From assembly GCA_964601735.1 (NCBI GenBank), contig CAZROO010000004.1:10289-74288 (forward strand): 64,000 nucleotides of DNA, given 5' to 3'. The stretch's first letter is position 1, and every line of letters starts with the position of its first letter. The DNA comes from an uncultured Pseudomonadales bacterium (GTDB lineage Bacteria > Pseudomonadota > Alphaproteobacteria > UBA2136 > UBA6156). The translations under genes were made by a program, and so were the position numbers. A model generated the notes under the pieces. That model searched no databases, was not told where the DNA came from, and saw only the letters and a list, made by a program, of their open reading frames with translations. Shown in pieces: positions 59,754 through 64,000 of the stretch.

Positions 59754-61193
59754 TTACCGCTCCGTTAACGCCGCCTCGCGCGCTTTGGTGATGGGCTTGA
59801 GCAGGTATTGCAGGATGGTCTTTTTGCCGGTTAGCACATCGACCGTGGCCACCATACCGCTTTTGATGGGGAGTTTTTGGCCGTGGTGCAGGAGGAAATC
59901 CTTATCGGCCCTGACCTGGATTTTGAAGTAGGTTTCGCCCTTGTCGGTGGTGAAGCTGTCGGCGCTCACATTACTGACGGTGCCCTTGAGGCCGCCGTAG
60001 ATGCTGAAATCGTACGCGCTGAGCTTGATGACCGCGGGCAGGCCGACGCGGATGAAGGCAATGTCTTGCGGCTTGACCTGCGCCTCGATCATCAGGCCTT
60101 CGTCGAGCGGCACCAGTTCGACGATGTTGGCGTTGGCCTGCACGGCCTGGCCCACTGTGTTGACGTGGATGTCTTTAACTTCGGCGCGGATGGGGGACTT
60201 GAGCACGCTCTGATCGACCTTGGAAATGTCGCCCTGCACGCTGGCGCCGAGGCGGTTCAACTCGTCGCGCATTTTGCCCTGGTCGTCGCGGGCCTCGTTT
60301 TTGAACTTGAGCACGGCTTCGTCGAGCTTGCCCTGGGCTTCGCGGATGCCGGCTTGCGCGCTGGGGATAGCGACCTGGGCCGTATTCAACTGGCGGCGGG
60401 CGTCGATGACCGCGCGTTGCAGGCGCAGGACTTCGACCTGTGCCACGGCGCCGGTGGCCACGTAGGGCGTGGTTTTGTCGAGTTCTTCCTTGGCGTTGTT
60501 GTAGGCGTCCTGAAAGTTGCGGGTTTTGCTCTGGGCGTCTTGCAGGTCGGCTTTTTTCTGCTCGAGCTGCTCTTTATAGACGCGGGTGGTGCTGTCGAGC
60601 TCGGCCTTGCGGCTGTTGTAGAGGTTTTCGGCTTCGGTGGCGATTTGCGGGGCCTTTTGCTTCACTTCGTCGGGGATATCGAGCGGCTTGTCGTTCAGTT
60701 CGGCGTCGATGCGGGCGATGTTGGCCATAAGGTAATAACGGCGGGCTTCCTTTTCATTCAACCCGGCGGTTGCGGCACGGGGGTCGAAGCGCACCAGTTC
60801 CTGCCCGGCCTGCACCACATCGCCCGGCTTGACCAGGATGGCGGTGATGACGCCGCCGTCGGAACTGCCCACGGCCTGCACCTTGCCGCTGGGGATGACC
60901 AGCCCCTGCCCGCGCGCGACTTCGTCGAGGCTCGCAAACCCGGCCCAGAGCAGGAACAACGTCATAAAGCCGCCAAGCACCCAGAACAACAGGACGCTGG
61001 CCGGGTGGGCGCCGCGCAGCGTGGCCTGCTGCACGTCGTCCATGAAATCGCCGTCGCCCCAGTTGTCGGGGTTCAGGCCTTCCTGGACGATTTTTTTGGC
61101 CTTGGTGATGGCCGAATGGGTTTGGTCGTGACTGACGCTCACGCCCATCGAGCGGGTCAACTTATTGTCGAGCAGGTCGAAACGTTTTTTCAT
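59754..61193 (-). CDS. type I secretion periplasmic adaptor (HlyD/LapC family)
   Basis: Single N-terminal TM, long coiled coil, C-terminal beta-barrel. HlyD T1SS signature. Confidence 0.85.
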   Translation of the reverse strand: MKKRFDLLDNKLTRSMGVSVSHDQTHSAITKAKKIVQEGLNPDNWGDGDFMDDVQQATLRGAHPASVLLFWVLGGFMTLFLLWAGFASLDEVARGQGLVIPSGKVQAVGSSDGGVITAILVKPGDVVQAGQELVRFDPRAATAGLNEKEARRYYLMANIARIDAELNDKPLDIPDEVKQKAPQIATEAENLYNSRKAELDSTTRVYKEQLEQKKADLQDAQSKTRNFQDAYNNAKEELDKTTPYVATGAVAQVEVLRLQRAVIDARRQLNTAQVAIPSAQAGIREAQGKLDEAVLKFKNEARDDQGKMRDELNRLGASVQGDISKVDQSVLKSPIRAEVKDIHVNTVGQAVQANANIVELVPLDEGLMIEAQVKPQDIAFIRVGLPAVIKLSAYDFSIYGGLKGTVSNVSADSFTTDKGETYFKIQVRADKDFLLHHGQKLPIKSGMVATVDVLTGKKTILQYLLKPITKAREAALTER

Positions 61194-62116
61194 TATTCAT
61201 CGACCTTCTTCGAGGTAAGAGCTATGTAGCAGACATCATCATAATTTTGGGGGGTTGGGGTGAATACAAGAATATTACCGTCCTCCAACCGCCCTAAAAT
61301 ACTATTCCCATTCAAGATAAAGTAAGCTTTGTTTGCCTTCATAAAGATTTTCTCAGAAACGGGCCCAGCTCCGGTTATGTAAGGATGCAAAAAATCTGAC
61401 TCAAAGGGACTGAGAACTTTAATGCCTTTGGAGTTGGCCAAAGAGGCTTTCCATATCTTTTCTTGTTGCATATGAGCTTGATACAATTTGTCAAAATTGG
61501 GCCATTTTTTTAGCCAATATCCCCATGTTCCTATGGAAGTGTTCATATCCTTTTCTGTTTGAAGAATACCACTCAAACTGGCATCTCGGTCTACAATTGC
61601 AGGGTCGACATCTACAGATACAGGGCTATCTTTAATGTCCCTATATTCAGTATCTTTTTTTAAGATGCGTATCTTTTGATACTGCATATCCCCAGCAACG
61701 CTAACCATTCTAGGTTTTCCCTCACCAAAAACATCAACCAGATAAACAGTTTCTTTATAAAAATCTGGGTAGCTGCCGGGAGGATTGGGGAGTATAATTT
61801 CTTTCGTCGGCGGCTCTGTAAAACCTATTTGGGAAAATCTTTCCGGTGCTCGTGTTTCAAAATTAGTCCAATCAACATGGTTCACGCCCTCTTCATCCTC
61901 TGGCAAAGGAGACCATTTGTCTTTATTCGTATTATTATTTGTCTCTATCAACATCTGCTCATATAGCTTTGCCAATGGCTTACAAATTTCGTCATTCTCA
62001 CTCATGACCAGTTTGTAATGAAAGATTTCAGGCTTTGGGTTACCTTTTGGGGCATCTGAGGCAGATGCGATACTGCTTAAAAGCACCATACTCAGAAAGG
62101 CTGCGCAAGTTTTCAT
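61193..62116 (-). CDS. secreted hypothetical protein, low GC (~40%), wedged between T1SS ABC and adaptor genes
   Basis: Signal peptide MKTCAAFLSMVLLSSIASA. TAATG stop/start overlaps at both ends. Strongly AT-skewed codon usage versus ~63% GC neighbours. Confidence 0.55.
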   Translation of the reverse strand: MKTCAAFLSMVLLSSIASASDAPKGNPKPEIFHYKLVMSENDEICKPLAKLYEQMLIETNNNTNKDKWSPLPEDEEGVNHVDWTNFETRAPERFSQIGFTEPPTKEIILPNPPGSYPDFYKETVYLVDVFGEGKPRMVSVAGDMQYQKIRILKKDTEYRDIKDSPVSVDVDPAIVDRDASLSGILQTEKDMNTSIGTWGYWLKKWPNFDKLYQAHMQQEKIWKASLANSKGIKVLSPFESDFLHPYITGAGPVSEKIFMKANKAYFILNGNSILGRLEDGNILVFTPTPQNYDDVCYIALTSKKVDE

Positions 62117-64000
62117 TACGCTTGGTCCTTGGTCTTGTTATGGCTGAGCCAGTCGAGAACCTTCTTTTTGGGGCCGTCGGCGATGATTTTGCCGTCGTCG
62201 ACAACAATCAGGCGGTCGACCAGTTCGAGCATGGCCGGGCGGTGGGTGATGAGCAGCAGGGTGCGGTGCTTGAGCCATTTGTCGAGCCGCTCGATGACCC
62301 ATTGCTCGCTTTGGGCGTCGAGCTCGGAGGTGGGGTCGTCCAGCACCACGAGGTTGCCGTCGTGCATCAGGGCGCGGGCGAGGCCCACGGCCTGACGCTG
62401 GCCGCCAGAAAGATTTTCGCCGCGCTCGCCCACCGGCAGGTCGAAGCCTTTGGGATGGCGGCGCAGCAGGCGGTAGGCGCCGGAGATTTCGACAGCCTGG
62501 ATAAGCTGGTCGAAGGTGGCGTCGGGTTTGGCGAGCAGCAGGTTTTCGCGCAGCGTGCCCCGGAACAGGTAGAGGTTTTGAGGGAAGTAGCAGACGTTCT
62601 TGCGCACTTCGGCGGGGTCGATTTGGCGGATTTCGAGGTCGTCGAGCAGAATGCGGCCATTGGTGGGCTGGTACAGGCCCAGCAGCAGGCGCGCGATGGT
62701 GGACTTGCCGCTGCCCGCGCGGCCGACAATGCCGACGCGCTCGCCGGGCTCGATGGTGAAGCTATAGCCCTTGACCGAATCGACCGGCGTGCCGGGGTAG
62801 GCGAAGGAGACGTCTTCGAACTCGATTTTGCCCTTGAGGTTGCCGACGTGGACGAAGGGCTGGCCGTCTTTGCGTTCGACGTCGCTGTGCATCAGCTTGG
62901 TGAGGTTATTGAGCGCAGTGTGGCTTTGCTCGTAGCGGACGATCAAGCTCGCCAGTTGGCTGAGCGGCTGCATGCCGCGGGACAGCAGCATGGTACAGGC
63001 GACCAGCGCACCCGTGGTGAGGCTGCCCGCCCAGATGAGGTAGATGCCGGCGACTATCATGCCCACGTACATGAACTGTTGCAGGAACTGGGTGGAATTG
63101 AGCGCCAGCGAGCTGAGGAAGCGCACCTTGACGCTGCTTTTGGCGGTGGCGCCGGTGAGCGCTTCCCATTTGCCCTGGGAGGCTGACTGGCTGCCGAGGG
63201 CTTTGATGTTTTCGAGCGAGTTGATGGTTTCGACCAGGTGGCCGTGCTTGATGTCGGTTTCGAGCGAGACTTCGTGCATCAGGGCCTTGATGGGGCGGAC
63301 GATGGCGATGCCGTTGACCAGCACCAGCGGGATGGCCACCAGCGGAATAAGTGCCAGCCAGCCGCCGATGAGGAAGATGATGAAGATGAACAGCAGCATG
63401 AACGGCAGGTCGATAAAGGTGGTGAGGGTGCCGCTGGTGAAAAAGTCGCGCAGGCTATCGTATTCCCGCAACTGGTTGGCGAAGGCGCCCGCGCTGTTCT
63501 GGTTTTGGCCCATGCGCAGGTTAAGCAGTTGCTGGTAGAGGCGGCTGGCGAGGAGGAGGTCGGCCCCCTTGCCTGCGACGTCGATGAAATAGGTGCGGAG
63601 CTGACGGAAGGCGAGATCGAACAAGAGGCCCACGGCCAAGCCCAGCGCCAGCACCCAGAGCGTGGCCTCGGCCTGGTTGGGGATGACGCGGTCATACACG
63701 TTCATGGCGAACAGCGGCGTGGCCAGGCCGATGAGGTTGGAAAACAGGGCGATGGCGGCCACCTTGCCGTAAAGTGGGCGGAATTCCTTGAGCGTGCTCC
63801 AGAACCACTGCTTGGCCGGGTGGCGGGCTTCGGCGGTGAGTTCAAGCATCAGGCCCCTTTTGACCAGGATGAGGTAGCCCGCGTAGACTTCCTCTGCCGC
63901 CTTGAGGCCGTGGAACGTCTGGGCTTTGCCGGAGAGCGGGTCGAACAGGGTGAAATCGTTGCCTTCGCGCGTATAAAGGATAGCGGCACGGCCCGTGGCG
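62116..64000 (-). CDS. type I secretion ABC transporter ATPase/permease with N-terminal C39-like domain (LapB/HlyB family); 5' end beyond window
   Basis: Frame open to the window edge, with an upstream C39-like stretch (EGNDFTLFDPLSGKAQTF). 6 TM helices. Walker A GRAGSGKST, LSGGQRQ and Walker B VLDDPTS. Confidence 0.85.
   Translation of the reverse strand, partial: ATGRAAILYTREGNDFTLFDPLSGKAQTFHGLKAAEEVYAGYLILVKRGLMLELTAEARHPAKQWFWSTLKEFRPLYGKVAAIALFSNLIGLATPLFAMNVYDRVIPNQAEATLWVLALGLAVGLLFDLAFRQLRTYFIDVAGKGADLLLASRLYQQLLNLRMGQNQNSAGAFANQLREYDSLRDFFTSGTLTTFIDLPFMLLFIFIIFLIGGWLALIPLVAIPLVLVNGIAIVRPIKALMHEVSLETDIKHGHLVETINSLENIKALGSQSASQGKWEALTGATAKSSVKVRFLSSLALNSTQFLQQFMYVGMIVAGIYLIWAGSLTTGALVACTMLLSRGMQPLSQLASLIVRYEQSHTALNNLTKLMHSDVERKDGQPFVHVGNLKGKIEFEDVSFAYPGTPVDSVKGYSFTIEPGERVGIVGRAGSGKSTIARLLLGLYQPTNGRILLDDLEIRQIDPAEVRKNVCYFPQNLYLFRGTLRENLLLAKPDATFDQLIQAVEISGAYRLLRRHPKGFDLPVGERGENLSGGQRQAVGLARALMHDGNLVVLDDPTSELDAQSEQWVIERLDKWLKHRTLLLITHRPAMLELVDRLIVVDDGKIIADGPKKKVLDWLSHNKTKDQA

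Overview
High-GC (~62%) chromosomal segment that looks alphaproteobacterial. Housekeeping genes (gyrA 3' part, queA, tgt, rpoH, rluD, tmk, holB, tatD, asnB, pcm, gltA) sit between an unusual number of tRNA genes: eight intact (Lys-CTT, Lys-TTT, Glu, Gly, Asn, Cys, Ser-CGA, Ser-TGA) plus one tRNA-Asn-derived pseudogene. Accessory-type modules are: a two-gene phage-tail-like remnant beside the tandem tRNA-Lys genes; a GT4 glycosyltransferase with a polytopic membrane protein; a cell-wall cluster (mltB, rlpA, D-Ala-D-Ala carboxypeptidase) and two SleB-like hydrolases; four consecutive small secreted Gly/Tyr/His-rich proteins; an exopolysaccharide export locus (outer-membrane barrel, Wza-like, Wzc-like BY-kinase, PPP-family phosphatase, priming glycosyltransferase, divergent O-antigen-ligase/TPR protein); a response regulator next to a hybrid histidine kinase destroyed by an internal deletion; an RND efflux pump (adaptor, permease, NodT outer-membrane factor); nucleotide-sugar genes (WecC-like dehydrogenase with a bi-domain oxidoreductase); and an intact comEC ORF carrying in-frame REP-like and purine-rich repeat insertions. 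The most interesting region is the 3' end (57.4-64 kb, minus strand). It is a Lap-like operon: T1SS ABC transporter with a C39-like domain (runs off the window), a low-GC foreign secreted ORF joined by TAATG overlaps, a HlyD adaptor, a BTLCP (LapG-like) periplasmic cysteine protease, and a two-TM receptor whose cytoplasmic module is a degenerate HD-GYP domain instead of LapD's GGDEF-EAL. Several repeat families and tRNA-associated duplication scars are also described.
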